Positions 47,701 through 60,100 are shown, numbered from the stretch's first letter. The stretch is 64,000 nt of DNA from an uncultured virus (IMG/VR IMGVR_UViG_3300045733_000484) (IMGVR_UViG_3300045733_000484); one strand, 5' to 3'. Numbers and translations are program-made. The notes: generated by a model not told the origin, from the sequence alone.

Positions 47701-48298
47701 TCTTCAGTATACTGCCAGGATAAAATATTCAGATGGTCATATACCCGGATCATATATCGATGGTTACAGGACATTCCGTATAGCCAACTATAAAGACTTC
47801 GACACAAACAATGGTGAGATAGTAAAACTTGCTGTTGTCTTCGATAAGTTAGTATCCATACAGGAAGATTCTATAAATGAACATTTTGTTAATGAAAGGA
47901 TCACTGCTCCTTCAGTAGATGCTACTGCAGCTGTACTTGGTAAGGGAGATGTTCTTTCTGATCAGTTCCGTAAGATGGCAAACTTTGGAAGTCAACATAA
48001 ACAGAGTATTGTTGAAGCTGACTCACTGTTTGGTGTTGACTGGAAGAGAAACATCATATGGGAGGTTACTCTATCCAGGAGTCCAGGTGGTGGTCTGTAT
48101 CTCGATGCTAAGGACCTTTCAAAGGAACAACTTATTGAGAAGTGGATGATGGAGCTTGCAAATACTATTAACCAGGGAAGAGCTGATAAGGTTAATAACT
48201 ACAAGGATATCGTCATGAAGGGTGAAGGTATTAACTCCGGGTATGATCTTAATACCGGCGATATATATTTTACTTTCCATAAAAGGACTGAGATATGA
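44702..48298 (+). CDS. Tail stabilisation/muzzle protein (P22 gp10-like), N-terminal part
   Basis: N.FVKGIVQD, YFADG.NPLR.VN, GYFRGE.Y.FG, RGDCF, RIKYSD, FGSQH, FGVD motifs. Confidence 0.75.
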   Translation: MPAQGNNPEQVNVFVKGIVQDIDIGNIPADRYLTAWDIKLMDKEGQGFVLTNLDGSQIAFSLPSLLEGKNFIPLGWAQHKDILYILSCSDDDLGTGEVGSYPSVDPVSGKFTADYRALTNYMVKDGFGVYQRSSMRSDLFHFNTAYMLDVKTKDHYDGSVDIYFADGINPLRVVNTGFTQGGLQTTTVYNNDTFETNVNLALSSKSTLHVDSYSITTGGVFKFGNYIFFFKYATEDFNETHFVAEYGPVPIFKGIGLCSSVQGGEASARSDKKVIFSLSGLDTTYKYLRVGYLRWFSDYDGLTLSEFGEINTKIGITGTEMSITISGTEGEVFLTESEIMLTKDIDVIPKTITQLNNRLWGGNWKRTKTHHESLANFAKLINIGFDDSKQVINAIWDTTVDGGQYKDYTNYDYIGYFRGEPYVFGMVAELLDGTMTQAYPLWGVDAFSDITPLYAEGSSDKGNFNGIYRFPNAHLSSPRTNDGHLKLLGVKFNTEAAFRSIMNAETNNWIRFNVRSIYFVRGDRFPLLKTQGLMMHAAYPGGLTADYPITQYCSLDGQQLLYGQTQDNSPYSYTQVNHFGTDTTGPFIPFHDDPFWGCFSKDAWTGGTGAIGCAPMLNTFADCYAPVFRGYMPMSLSIMGWGSGLDGKVNNYVSRFFLKPDKYCFYSPDMLFRSSNDVSEFSFIWRVGKTIVSRADGATTDNPGSWVTDFSTAHHVLPFYFSDDAGDFVNQTPKTANIENKIMIGEHGFVKPGNTGYSQFINAIDEPSENIDNVWVLSLPDINTIPVDFCRSTIFAKYLGIDLDHVDKPTGSLIPEDFNLDIVNIYSGDPLSVDIRDLFANILSVQYRKISQGIKIQDVVDAIVLDSWDSFKNITCWRGDCFLQKTYFKQRYWKGSSFLFSAENASWDKWDLDIPCGSNTHNPFNSHGLLLGVVTENAVNTAMRSAKELNSFFPDQERIPWIVLPYNSDNVESFRMNNGYQMTLSTNVFMMKDPMLPDKSLQYTARIKYSDGHIPGSYIDGYRTFRIANYKDFDTNNGEIVKLAVVFDKLVSIQEDSINEHFVNERITAPSVDATAAVLGKGDVLSDQFRKMANFGSQHKQSIVEADSLFGVDWKRNIIWEVTLSRSPGGGLYLDAKDLSKEQLIEKWMMELANTINQGRADKVNNYKDIVMKGEGINSGYDLNTGDIYFTFHKRTEI

Positions 48299-50043
48299 CC
48301 TACATAACAAATATAACTAATGTTGTAATTACCGATGTAGGTACATTCTATGAAGGTAATACTCTTCATGGGACAGTAAGTTTAACACTTCATAATGCTT
48401 CTGGTACATCTGTTATAGCAAGAGAACATCTTAATGTAAAGATATTTAACAACCTTGGTTATGTAGTTAAGTATGATAGTATGTATGTTGAAACTATTAC
48501 CCTTAATCCTGGTCAGTGGGCGTATAATGTAATTATCAACTGGAGTGTAGAATTAGGAACTGAGGGTACAGGGTTTTATATTAAGATAGAATCGAGTGAC
48601 AACTCAATATATTTTGCAAATAGTACCACGTTCAACATAGTAAGGATTCTATCTTCAGAGAAAAAGATATTATTATATGGATTTAGGGTTTCAGATAATC
48701 CTGGATTAATTCCTACAGATATATGGGCCCCGGTTATTGATCATACAAATAGAAGTCTTAATGTATATGTTCCATCAGGAACTGTTGTCACAGCATTAAA
48801 GCCATATTACTATCCTTCATATGCAGCCACATCTGTTCCATTAACAGGTGTTGCTGATGATTTTACTTTCCCTGTAAGTTATACTATAACAGCTGAAGAT
48901 GGAAGTAATAATGATTATGAAGTAACAGTAGTAATAACTGAGACTGTTGGTGTTCCAAACCTGTTTATATATGATAATGATATTACCAGGGTATCTCCAT
49001 TAGAGCTTGAGAGAGGAAGAGTAGTTAAGTTCTATGTTCTTATCTCAAATAGTGGATCACTGACGAGTCTTGCAGATACTCTTCATATAAGGTTTCATGA
49101 TTCTGAAGATCTATATGTAGATGATCTTCCGGATATAGAGATACTTCCTATTGACTTTAACGAAGACAGACTGGTATCCGGAGAATATACTATTCCTGAT
49201 GATGTCCCGCTTGGAAGTAGTATTGACTATATGCTTACCTTCCAATTAGTAAGTAGTATTGTATCGAGACACTTTCTTGTTTCTAAGTGGAATACTGAAT
49301 CTCAGACTATTGTATATAATAAGAACTCGAAAGCATTCATTCGCGAGTCTATAGTGAGATCGAAGATGTATGCCAGGATAAATAAAAACTTATATTCCTT
49401 GAAAGAAAATACATATGGAGATTTTTATCTTCATACTGATCTTATCCTGGATGGAGAGATACTTATGTATGGTAGGGAGTTTGAACCTTCAATAACCTTT
49501 GTAATAAATAAGTTTGCCTTTGAGAAAGTCTTTGATAACATTGTTGCTCAGGTAGGATCCATAGGAGTTAAACAAGTAGAATACTGGACAGACAAACAGT
49601 ATTCGAAACATATATGGCCTATCGATCCTCTTTCCCAGGTACAGACACGTCCATGGATAGATCCTGAGTACCGGGAAGACAGATGGTATTTTCCTGTTCA
49701 TAATGAACTTCTATTTCATACTTATAATACTGAAGGATCACAAGATGATCAGAGTACTGTAGTAATTAGTGAAGCAATTCCTATTACTATTCCTGCAACT
49801 GGTAAGATATCTATAAATGATGTTGAGTATGTCTATACGTCATTCACAGGATCTACCTTTACACTCTTTGAGGCCACAGGGATAATTATACCTCCTGACA
49901 GCATAGTAACCGTCATTGATGATGATAGTGTCCCTACACGCGAGATGAGGGGCATGTATCTTAAAGTAAAAATTACCTTCAAGGCAAAGTATAAGTTTAC
50001 ACTTAAGAATATCTTAACCGAGTTTAGACCAAGCAATATATAA
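48295..50043 (+). CDS. Ig-like domain protein fused to a muzzle-like C-terminal region
   Basis: DFT.PVSYTITAEDG...Y.V.V (Ig/DUF5018-like), a CARDB-like segment, then TIVYN, KVFDNI, YRED.W, MRG.YLKVKI. Confidence 0.6.
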   Translation: MTYITNITNVVITDVGTFYEGNTLHGTVSLTLHNASGTSVIAREHLNVKIFNNLGYVVKYDSMYVETITLNPGQWAYNVIINWSVELGTEGTGFYIKIESSDNSIYFANSTTFNIVRILSSEKKILLYGFRVSDNPGLIPTDIWAPVIDHTNRSLNVYVPSGTVVTALKPYYYPSYAATSVPLTGVADDFTFPVSYTITAEDGSNNDYEVTVVITETVGVPNLFIYDNDITRVSPLELERGRVVKFYVLISNSGSLTSLADTLHIRFHDSEDLYVDDLPDIEILPIDFNEDRLVSGEYTIPDDVPLGSSIDYMLTFQLVSSIVSRHFLVSKWNTESQTIVYNKNSKAFIRESIVRSKMYARINKNLYSLKENTYGDFYLHTDLILDGEILMYGREFEPSITFVINKFAFEKVFDNIVAQVGSIGVKQVEYWTDKQYSKHIWPIDPLSQVQTRPWIDPEYREDRWYFPVHNELLFHTYNTEGSQDDQSTVVISEAIPITIPATGKISINDVEYVYTSFTGSTFTLFEATGIIIPPDSIVTVIDDDSVPTREMRGMYLKVKITFKAKYKFTLKNILTEFRPSNI

Positions 50044-50777
50044 TGGCAATACTTGATAAAATATCGCAACCTGAAAAGACTTATCCAGAACTGGGTAAGT
50101 TCTTTGGTAGTACTAATGGTCCCGGTCAGACTATGAAGTCGAGTGATCCTAATAACATCCCTATCACAAATAAGGATCGTATAGTAGAAAAGATTCATAA
50201 TACTATCTCTGATGTAGCAACAGGAGTATCTACATGGGGAACATCTCTACGTCCTCCTAACCAGGAAGAGATTAACCAGGGACGTGGTGGATGGTCTGAA
50301 CGTTCCAGTATTCTTGTTAAGAGTGCCACACAGGGAATGGCAAATGAACTTGTTGGTGGATTGATAGGTAAGATTGCAGGGAAACTTTCAAATCCTGCAA
50401 AAGTAATTAAAGACATTATTAAGCCTGAAGTTACTATAGAAGCAGATGCATTAAAAGCAAAGATGGCAAAGTTCCAGGCAAAGATAGATGCAAGTAAAGC
50501 TGCTGGTCCAAACTACGTTACAGCTACTCCTAATGCTTCAGGGATATATAATAAAGCTGAGGTTATTGATCATTACCTTGGTTCTTATCCAAAAGGTCTT
50601 ACACCAGGTATAAAAGAAGATATCATGAGTAAGTCGAAAGATGAGTTCAGTCAGTTTATAAAAGACAAGACAGCTTTTCAACAGACAGGAAATCATTGGA
50701 TATACTCTACTTCTAAGTTAAGAGATGCTGTAGATGAAAATATATCCTCATCAAATGCTTTAAGATCATTTAAATAA
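50043..50777 (+). CDS. Putative virion cargo/ejection protein
   Basis: Position after the tail genes; A/G/K-rich. Confidence 0.5.
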   Translation: MAILDKISQPEKTYPELGKFFGSTNGPGQTMKSSDPNNIPITNKDRIVEKIHNTISDVATGVSTWGTSLRPPNQEEINQGRGGWSERSSILVKSATQGMANELVGGLIGKIAGKLSNPAKVIKDIIKPEVTIEADALKAKMAKFQAKIDASKAAGPNYVTATPNASGIYNKAEVIDHYLGSYPKGLTPGIKEDIMSKSKDEFSQFIKDKTAFQQTGNHWIYSTSKLRDAVDENISSSNALRSFK

Positions 50778-50784
50778 TTATGAT

Positions 50785-51108
50785 ATGAGTGTTCTCGGAA
50801 GTATATTATCTGCAGGTGCGTCACTTATTCCGGTTGTAGGACCAGCTGTTTCTGCAGGAATAGGTATTGTTGATAAGGTTACAGATGCAAACAAAGAAAA
50901 GAAAACTGTTGATGCTGCTCAGAAAGCTCAGAGGATGTCAGCACGACAAGTTCCTGAAGTTCCAGATATGAACAGTGTAATGTTTGGTAATGAAACTTCA
51001 GATAATACTACAGTAGATATCCTTGGTAAGACAACATATCTATCTGAGAAATTTGGTATTGGTAAGAGTATTTTTGATAAGTCAAATAATTTAAACTCAC
51101 AGTCATGA
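50785..51108 (+). CDS. Putative virion cargo/ejection protein
   Basis: Gly/Ala-rich hydrophobic N-terminus (SLIPVVGPAVSAGIG). Confidence 0.5.
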   Translation: MSVLGSILSAGASLIPVVGPAVSAGIGIVDKVTDANKEKKTVDAAQKAQRMSARQVPEVPDMNSVMFGNETSDNTTVDILGKTTYLSEKFGIGKSIFDKSNNLNSQS

Positions 51109-51860
51109 GTCTCTGGAAGAATTTTAATTTAAACGATCCGATAACCTCGAGAGATACTCTTGGTAAGAAATCTGGTCTTACTGGTATATCTTCAGGATTA
51201 TCAACTCAGGGTAGTGGACCTACTATTCCTAAACCTGGTATGGATCCTGTTATGAAGATGGATCTTGGTCTTGCAGGTATAGATCTTCTTGGATCAATGT
51301 TTATGGGAGCACAGGCTTTAAATGCTAAGGCTCCTGTTATTCCACGTACTCCTGTACCTACACTGGAGACTCCAAAGATAGAGAGTGGTGTTGCCGGGGA
51401 ACAGGCACTCATAAAAGAGAATATGGGTATCCAGACAAATACCATTCTTAATAATGCTATGGAGACCGGTCAGGATATGAATACTGTAGGACCAGGTATC
51501 TTTGCAAATGCTAACAGGGCAATGAGAGAGTCTACTGCACAGATGTCTAAAGAGAATATTACTACTGTCAATCAGCAATCTGCTGTTACTGCAGAGATAG
51601 CAAATAAGAACAAGATTGCAGCATATGAAGGTGATAGGGAGTACCAGGCACGAAAGACTGATGTGTTAAGTAAAGATGCTATCATGCGAGGACAACAGAT
51701 GTCTATGGCATTTCAGAATATTGGATCAATAGGATCAAGGTTAATGAATGATTTTATGTTAACTGATCTTATTAAAAAAGGTAATGAACAGGATAATCAG
51801 GCTGACATAGCTTCTTCTATGTACAGAAAAGCAATGAGATTTAACGGAACTCCTCTATAA
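51105..51860 (+). CDS. Putative virion cargo/ejection protein
   Basis: Gly/Ala/Asn/Gln-rich helical protein. Confidence 0.5.
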   Translation: MSLWKNFNLNDPITSRDTLGKKSGLTGISSGLSTQGSGPTIPKPGMDPVMKMDLGLAGIDLLGSMFMGAQALNAKAPVIPRTPVPTLETPKIESGVAGEQALIKENMGIQTNTILNNAMETGQDMNTVGPGIFANANRAMRESTAQMSKENITTVNQQSAVTAEIANKNKIAAYEGDREYQARKTDVLSKDAIMRGQQMSMAFQNIGSIGSRLMNDFMLTDLIKKGNEQDNQADIASSMYRKAMRFNGTPL

Positions 51861-51868
51861 TAACTACT

Positions 51869-54130
51869 ATGGCTATACTTGATGGTTTAAGAAACGGATA
51901 TCCTCAGTATTTTATGGTTCAACCTTCTCAGGGACTTAATCCTAATATACTCATGGGAGCTGCTCAGATGATGAGAGCTACAAGATCAGGAGTACCTACC
52001 AGTACTGCAGAAAAAAAACCTGGAAGTCCTGAGAAAGTTCCTCAGATGATAAAAGCTACTGCAGATAAATATATAGATCTTATCTCAGCTACTGAAGCAA
52101 AAAAACAGGCTATCATATCTAAGGCTCAGAGTGACACTATGAACCAGAAAGATGATTATGAGACAGCTAAGACATATTCTGCAGGCATGGCAGAGGTTAT
52201 TCAGGAAGAAGCAAATAATAAGAAGTTTGCTAACCAGGCAACAATACAATATGATCAGTATAAGAGTATCAGTGGATTAGTTGAAGAAAAAGGTATTGGT
52301 GGTGGTATTGCTCTTGTTGGTGGTCAGCCAATAGGTGTTGATCAGAAAGGAAATATTATAAGAGAGACAATGACTCCAGGACTCGGTTTTAAACCTGAGA
52401 TAAGTCATTTCATGACAAATGATGAATATCTGAATCGATTCAATGCTACAGGATCATGGGATGAAAAGATAAACCCTGTAAATATGGATGTTCCATTTGT
52501 ATATGATCCTAAGGTTGCATATAAAGATACCTATACAAGACTTGTTGAAGCTGCATCAACATTCAACTCTACTTCTAATGAGAAAAATTTCAAGTCAGCT
52601 ACTGGCAATTCAAAGAGCGATGGTACTTTCGATATAGCAGGTTCATTAAAGTCAAACTATAACCAGGTACTTGAGACGATAGCAAATGATCCTCAGGTTA
52701 TCCTTGGTGGCCAGCAGACATATATGTCAGTACTTACTGACTTTGCTCATGCTTCAGAGACCGGTCTTACTGTAGCAGTAAAAAATCCTTTATATGTTAA
52801 AGGATCCAGTAAAGATAAGGAGAAGGATCAGTTCGTTGCCAAGAGAGCAAACGAGGTTACTCTTCCGGAATTCATTGCAGACAGGGCTCTTAATGTAGGA
52901 TCTCCATTACTATCTAAACAGACTACTGATAAGACAAATACAGTTGTTGGTGGTGGAAGTAAAGAAGACATGATTGGAATGAATATTGAAGATATATATA
53001 ATCTCAACCAGACATATCAGAAACTACTTGAAACAAAAGGAGCTATAGCTTCAACGATGGTTATTCCGGATACTGGTGGAAAACTATTGAAAGAAGATGA
53101 TAAGGTTACTGATATGAAGGCATATCCAATAATAAGTATTCCGGCCAGTCAACAGCCTCCAGGATATATTAAGTCTCGTAATGATGCTTTTGGTATAAGG
53201 GAGAGTGAACTTGGTATATCAAGTTATCCTCTTGCAAAGGATTTCTTTAAAGGAGGTGTGTTCACTGAGGCTGGTGTTGTAATGGATCTTACTGATATGT
53301 CAGATGTAAAGATACTTTCATATGTTGGTCCAGCAACAACTCCGGCTTTTGAAACAGATCCTGCTAATGGAATGATGAAACAGTCTCTTGTATATTTAAG
53401 AGACGAGAAAGGAGCTAAACAGACAGTAACAAGAAAGAATCCTGATGGTACAATAGAGATACTTGATAATGTATTATATACTCCTGGTGATAAGGTAGAG
53501 ATTGCTGTTCTCGGATCAGATCTTGGTAAGTATGGTATTGTTCCGGTTGTTGATGAGAAAGCTGCAAAAGAACTTGCTGACAAACTAAATATGCCAAAGG
53601 ATATTACCAAGTTTGAAAGTGATGCAAGGTTCTATGCAAACCAGGTTACTAAATGGACTGAGATAAGAGATAATCTTAAAGGTGGTAAAGGTACTGCTAC
53701 ATGGAACAGATGGAATAAGAATATACAGGATGCAGAAGCAAGTCGTGTAGAAAATGACGTCAAGGTTAATAATTGGATCAGAGATAATAATATTCCCCAG
53801 GAGACGGCTCTTCAATGGAAAGCTGTTACTGCAAAGAAAGGTATCGATCAGTATTCAAAGTCTTTTAGAGAAGTTACATTCGACAAAAAGGGTAAAAGAG
53901 TTGATGGTCCTGCAGTAACGAGTTTAGATAAGAACAAGTATTATGCAATAGAAGTATATGCTCCAAGAGGTGCTTCTTCAGGTATTGGTGGAGGGACAAC
54001 TCCAGATAATGCTAAGAAATGGGAACAGTTGATGCAGAATGACGCAGAAGGATTTTCTTCTCTTGATAAGATGCCAGGATTTACTGATAACAGAAAGTTA
54101 TTTGAATCATCCGGGACAGTTATAAAATAA
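51869..54130 (+). CDS. Large putative virion cargo protein
   Basis: 753-aa ORF before the giant gene. Confidence 0.55.
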   Translation: MAILDGLRNGYPQYFMVQPSQGLNPNILMGAAQMMRATRSGVPTSTAEKKPGSPEKVPQMIKATADKYIDLISATEAKKQAIISKAQSDTMNQKDDYETAKTYSAGMAEVIQEEANNKKFANQATIQYDQYKSISGLVEEKGIGGGIALVGGQPIGVDQKGNIIRETMTPGLGFKPEISHFMTNDEYLNRFNATGSWDEKINPVNMDVPFVYDPKVAYKDTYTRLVEAASTFNSTSNEKNFKSATGNSKSDGTFDIAGSLKSNYNQVLETIANDPQVILGGQQTYMSVLTDFAHASETGLTVAVKNPLYVKGSSKDKEKDQFVAKRANEVTLPEFIADRALNVGSPLLSKQTTDKTNTVVGGGSKEDMIGMNIEDIYNLNQTYQKLLETKGAIASTMVIPDTGGKLLKEDDKVTDMKAYPIISIPASQQPPGYIKSRNDAFGIRESELGISSYPLAKDFFKGGVFTEAGVVMDLTDMSDVKILSYVGPATTPAFETDPANGMMKQSLVYLRDEKGAKQTVTRKNPDGTIEILDNVLYTPGDKVEIAVLGSDLGKYGIVPVVDEKAAKELADKLNMPKDITKFESDARFYANQVTKWTEIRDNLKGGKGTATWNRWNKNIQDAEASRVENDVKVNNWIRDNNIPQETALQWKAVTAKKGIDQYSKSFREVTFDKKGKRVDGPAVTSLDKNKYYAIEVYAPRGASSGIGGGTTPDNAKKWEQLMQNDAEGFSSLDKMPGFTDNRKLFESSGTVIK

Positions 54131-54149
54131 TTTCAAAATACGCACTATA

Positions 54150-57100
54150 ATGGATCCAGTAACAGATCAGCAAGAAGTAACGAAACCGGTTGAAACAACT
54201 ACTCCGGCTCCGGTTCCTACAGGGCCAGTTCCTGTTAATATAGATCTGTTTAAGACAAGAACAGAAACAGGTCTTAGTTTTCCTGAAATTGCAAATACAT
54301 TTACGGAAAAAGATAGACTTATTCCTCTTCATCCAAGAGAAGATTATTGGGAACCTCTTCAGTCAAAGTTTAAGACAAGACAGGATTTTGATAAAGCCTA
54401 TGATGAAGCTGCATCTTCTTATGATCAGATGCAGGAAGCAATTTTCCGGAAAAATGTCCTTCCGGTAGGTGGTGAGGCATTTGGCTTTGGTAAGAAGAGT
54501 CCATATTTCGGATCTAACTTTCATCAATCTCTTAACCAACAGGCAGACTTCTATAGTCCTATGGCTGTAAAAGACTATATGAATGTTGAGACAGCTTCAC
54601 AGAATGCTTCAAGAAAAGGATATCATATCATTCCGGATTATGCTACTGATAAAGATGGTAATCTTAAACAGATAGGTGAGAGAAAAGTCCCAGGGAATGT
54701 TCCCAAGTGGTCCAAGATGGATGGTAACTTCTATGTGTCAAAAGAAGATCCTGCTTCGAATAGTTATGTATACAAGACATTTGATGATAAGGTTCCTCAC
54801 TATAATCTTGAAAGAGCTTCTATATGGGGTGATCAGAAACTATATGGAAAGTCATTACTCGATATTCCTCTTGGATTTATGTCAGTAGCAACAGAAGATC
54901 TTCTTCAATCGATGGGTCAGAGTGTAAGGGTTCTTCAGGATTTTGCCGGATATTCCTCTATGAAAAAAGAAGATTATGAGAGATTTGTAAGGACAGATGC
55001 TCTTACTGGTATGTTCGACAATATGATACAGGAGATGAATTCGTACAAGTATAATCCTTCTGTAGAGGTAAGCCAGGAGAAGTTTTTCGGATCTGGTCTT
55101 CACGGATTTGCTTATCAACTTGGAGTAGGTATTGGATATGTAGTTCCTCAGAGAGTTGTTTCCGGTACATTATTTAAAGCATTTCCTACTATCAGTAAGG
55201 AAGCATTAAGAGTTGTCTCTTCAATAATTGGTACCAGTCAACCAGTGAATCAGTTTTTACAATCAGCAAGACAGGCCGGTATTGATCCTGAGAATGCTGC
55301 TACACTTTCTGTAATGGCTATGCCTGCTGTATTTGCTACTGAGTATATGTTGGACTCTAAATGGCTCACAAAAGGTCTTGGAGAGAATGCTCATGCAGAG
55401 GTTACATCTGCATTAAAAGATGCCACGAAAGATTTTGTTGAGACACAGGGAAAAGATATAAAACTTGCATCTACCAAAACAGGAATACTGAAAGCTACAT
55501 TTAAGAAACTAATGACAGATAAGTCATTTACTGAGTCATTAAAAGAAGGAGGAAGTAAGGTTGTTGAACTTGTTGGTAGTGCTGCCAGAGAAGGTACTCA
55601 GGAAGGATCTGAAGAGATATGGTATTCAATGCTTGAGAGAGCATGGGATACAGGATTCTTTCATGATCTCGGTATCGTTGATGCCCCAGGGAAGACTGTA
55701 GGTGAAGGATTGTTTGGTAACGATGGATTGGTATCTAAGAAAAACCTTGACAGGTACTGGCAGAACGCTGTTGGTGGCTTTGTCATTGGTGGTATGATGG
55801 ATGCCATGATACTTAATCAGAAAGATCACTATCGGGATTATGTCATGGAAGATATGATTCTCAAGGGCCAGACTGACAAACTTCTTAAGTTCATCAAACA
55901 GGATTTCGAGACAGGAAAGATGGGAATGTCTCATAAGGATGTCAATGGAAAAACTATCCTTAGTGATAAAGATGGTAATCCTACAGGCGAGACCTTTACT
56001 GTTCATGCAGATGTTAACATAAACAACCAGACATATTTCGAGAAAGGAAAGGTTCTTAATAATATGAATGATCTTGCTTATTACCAGGCAGTACAGACTG
56101 TTGCTGAGAAGAGTGAGATAATAAAACGAACAGGTCTTGATGATCCTCAACTTGTAAGGGAGTTTTCCGGACAGGAGAGTCTTATCACTGATGCTCTTGG
56201 AATATATAAACAGAAAGAACAGACTCTTGCAATTATCGATCAACTTAAGAAAAGTCTTCCTACCCTTACTCCGGAAGATGCTGATGCAGCCAATGTAAAG
56301 ATTGCTCAGCTCACTGAAGCTGTTGAAGGTAAAAAGACTCCTGAAGGTACTATGGTTGGTGGACTTAATCAACTTTGGGATTACTATACCAAACCAGTTG
56401 GTACTTCTCCAAAGTCTCAGGCATATATCGACAATGTAAAGACAGGTATTGCCAATGGTGTTATGTGGAATGAAGATGCCAAGAAGTATGAGATGAACCC
56501 TGATGCTTTCAAGAATAAAAAGATCTCTTTAAGCCAGGTAAGAAACATAAATAACTATCTCGAGATATATAAACAAAACCGTGGGAAGTTCTATACTAAT
56601 GTAAATGGTGAAGAAGTGGAACTTACTCCTGAGAAACTATTTGGCATTGAGACAAATCTTACTGAGACTATATCTAAAGGTCTTGATGAGTTTTTTAAGA
56701 GTGAGGATATGGGTGTTAAGACTGAATCACTTACTTCAGCTCGTAAGGGTATCAATGATCTTTTGAGTATGATCGAGAAGACCGGTATAGATCAAAGAAC
56801 ATCCGACAATATCACAAAGAATATCATTGGACTTACTGATAAGTTTAACTCCATGACAAGGAGTTATTTCGGTGATTATAATCTTGACTATACTGAACCT
56901 GGTACATCTGTCAGAGATGCCATTAATGAGAAGAATGATGCTCTTATGGATGGTGAGAAACCTGTAGATATCTCAGGACAGACAACTAACTTTCTTGATC
57001 AGCTAAGTGCTATTGATGATCATATGTCTTCTCTAACAAAACTGAATGCAGACAAAAAACTTAATATCCGTACAGAAAATTATACTGAGACACAGGACCA

Positions 57101-60100
57101 GGCTAAGCTTACAAAACTACTTTATGAGACACAAAGAACACTTCAGCGTTTTGACGGATCTGAGATTACTGAGAGTCTCGATGTTGATGGACTTATATCT
57201 GCTTATAAACAAGGTCATCTTAATATTGATAGATTTTCTAAGACAGGTCAATACAAGGAGTTCAATAATCATTTAAACCTTGTAGACAGGATCCTCGATT
57301 ATTCAGAGACAATGTTTAAAGAGAGAAAGAGGAATCCTGATCTGAATACTACTCTTTCTAATGATACACAGACAAAAGTAAAAGATGGAAATGTAATTCC
57401 AGGTAATGATATTCCTATTCAATACATACAGGGACTCCGGGAAAAGAATGCTTCTCTTAAAAATGATCTTGAGGTATTAAAGAAGAAAGCAAATATTGAA
57501 ACTCAGGATATAGCTATTGCTGAGGTACGTGTTCGTAAATCAAATATCCTTCAGAAAGCATATCTTCTTAACAGGGCCTTTATTGATGCTGGCGACGAGT
57601 TAAAAGAGATCAGTAGTAAGATGAGGACTCTTTATGATACTTATACTAAGATCATGAAGAACGATCAGCAGATAGCAGATGCTGATGTTATAAACCTATC
57701 TAAGGTCATAATAGATATTGAGAACTGGATACATGCAAAAGGTATTAGCGATCCGGATTTCCAGAAAAGAATAATGACTAAGGTTATATTCGATTCTCCT
57801 GCTATTGGTACTGAGAAAGTATATCGCGGTATAAGAGATAGTGAACTATCTGTGTATGTAGATGCTGATGATAGTCTTGTAAGTACTAATGCAGTATCTT
57901 TTGAGACTATGGATAAGGATCTTAGAAATGACAGATCAGCATTCAAGAGTATCCTTCATCTTAAGGCTACTAACTATTTCAACTCATTATTCATAATTGA
58001 TTCTGGTACATTCTATAATCATCTTAGTAGACTACAGACAAAATATAATATTATTCCTGGAGTAGAACAGATTGAGTCAATAAGACTCCTTGCTTCAGGA
58101 ATACTTCTTCCATATGCAAATGATGGAAAAGCTCAGTTTCTTATACGTGGAAAGCTTGGACAGTCTTTCGATACTCGTTCCAGTGAACTGTCTATGGGTA
58201 TAGTACCATTTAACTCAGTATCTATTGATGGTAGTGGTGGAGTAGGTAAATCGACTGTCATTGCAAAGTTTGGTATTGGCATGGCAAATGCTATTATGGT
58301 GTCACATCCAAATATCCTTATTACAGCTCCTACATCAGGACTTCTTAATAACCTTGACAATGCAATAAAAGAATCTTCATTTCCGGAAAAAGGAAGATAT
58401 ACGCATGCAGAGTTCTTCGAAAAACTTACTACTGGTGAACTAAAACCTGAAAAGAATTCTATAATAATGATCGATGAGTCTTCCAGGGTAAACCATGCGG
58501 AGATGCTTCTTATCAGTAATATAGCAAAAGATAATAATCTTACTGTTGTATTCCTTGGAGACTCCGTACAGGCTACAGATCTTATTGATGATTTTATTCC
58601 TTCTGTTGCTTTTAGTCAGACTATGGGTATTCGTGCCAGCAGGGTAAATACTAAATATCGTGCCGGCGTTCATTCTATTGGTCTTGTTGGAGATATGGTA
58701 ATAACAAGTATACGTGGACGTAAGACACTACCTGAGATTCCATTTCCTCCGGTTCAGTATAATGCAGATCATACGAAAGGTGTTATGTATGCTGCCAATG
58801 CTACAGACGTAATTACTGCATGGAAGACGGATGTAGTAAAGTCTGATGGAAAGAACAGGGTTCTTATATTCGAGAATAAGACACAGGCAGATGCATTTAT
58901 TCGTGATGGCCTTACTGATGATATTAAGGCATATAAGGATAATGTGAGATACGTCATGAGTGAGAAGATCCCTGAGAAGAATGATCCAGGTACAGTACAG
59001 GGAATGGAATTTGAAGATGTATATGTTGCCATTAATGATACTGACTCCAATGCAGAGACTATGGATCAGATTTATCGTCGTAGGATCCTTCTTACAGCCC
59101 TTACACGCGCTCAATCGTTTTTGATGATACCTACCTATGCAGATAACGTAGGGTTCTCCAGACTGGCTAAAACAGAGGATATCTATGATCAGACAGAGAC
59201 TATCAAGAGTGGAAACAGTATCCGGGCCAATGAAGCTACTGATTATCTGAATAAAATCATTGGAAATACAACTCCTACTGCTACTGTTGCTGGAGTATCA
59301 TCTACTCCAAAGACTGTAGGTGAACAGTTACCTGCTACAAAAGATGGTGAACAGATAGATCCTGTTGCAAGAAAGTTTCGCCAGGGTGAAGAGGTTGTGA
59401 GTGTTATCTCTAATGCTGTTGTCAAGATAAAAAATGTAAACCAGACGAAAGATGGTGAGGTTGTTCATGTAGAACTATCTGATGGTACTATCCTTGAAGG
59501 TCCTTCAGCTCTTACAGAACTTGATGAGAAATATACTTCTTCCAGGATACCTGTTGATCAGCTTACTGACATGAACATTATAAGTCAGTCTTTAACTGCT
59601 GCAGAGACAAACAATCCGGAACCGGTATTATTTAGAAGATCTGCCACGATGTATAACTCTTCAAAGAATCTTGGTCAGGGAGATGTTGTTCCTATCCTTG
59701 TCAATGTGGCTATAGGAGATACTAAGATTCCTACAATGTCTGGACCGGAATTCTTTAAGGAACATGGAAAGACTAAACTTCTTGAGGGGGAACTTAATGT
59801 TGTTTTTCATCCTAAGGTAGATCTGTATACTCGAGGATCAGATAAGAACTATACAATAAAGACTCATTATAATGTATTGGCATTAGAAGATGCTTCCGGA
59901 AATATCATTGGTGTTATCCCGGCTCCAGATACTAAGTTTGAAGATTATGATCCATCAGGTGTTAGGAAAGAGAAAGAGTTCTCTTCTCAGAAACAAATAG
60001 ACTATTCTGAAGGAAATCGCCAGGCAAATCTTTCAAAGATCGAGTTCGACAAAAATACTTATCCAAACCAGGTAGAATATCATTCTTTTCTTATTAACTT

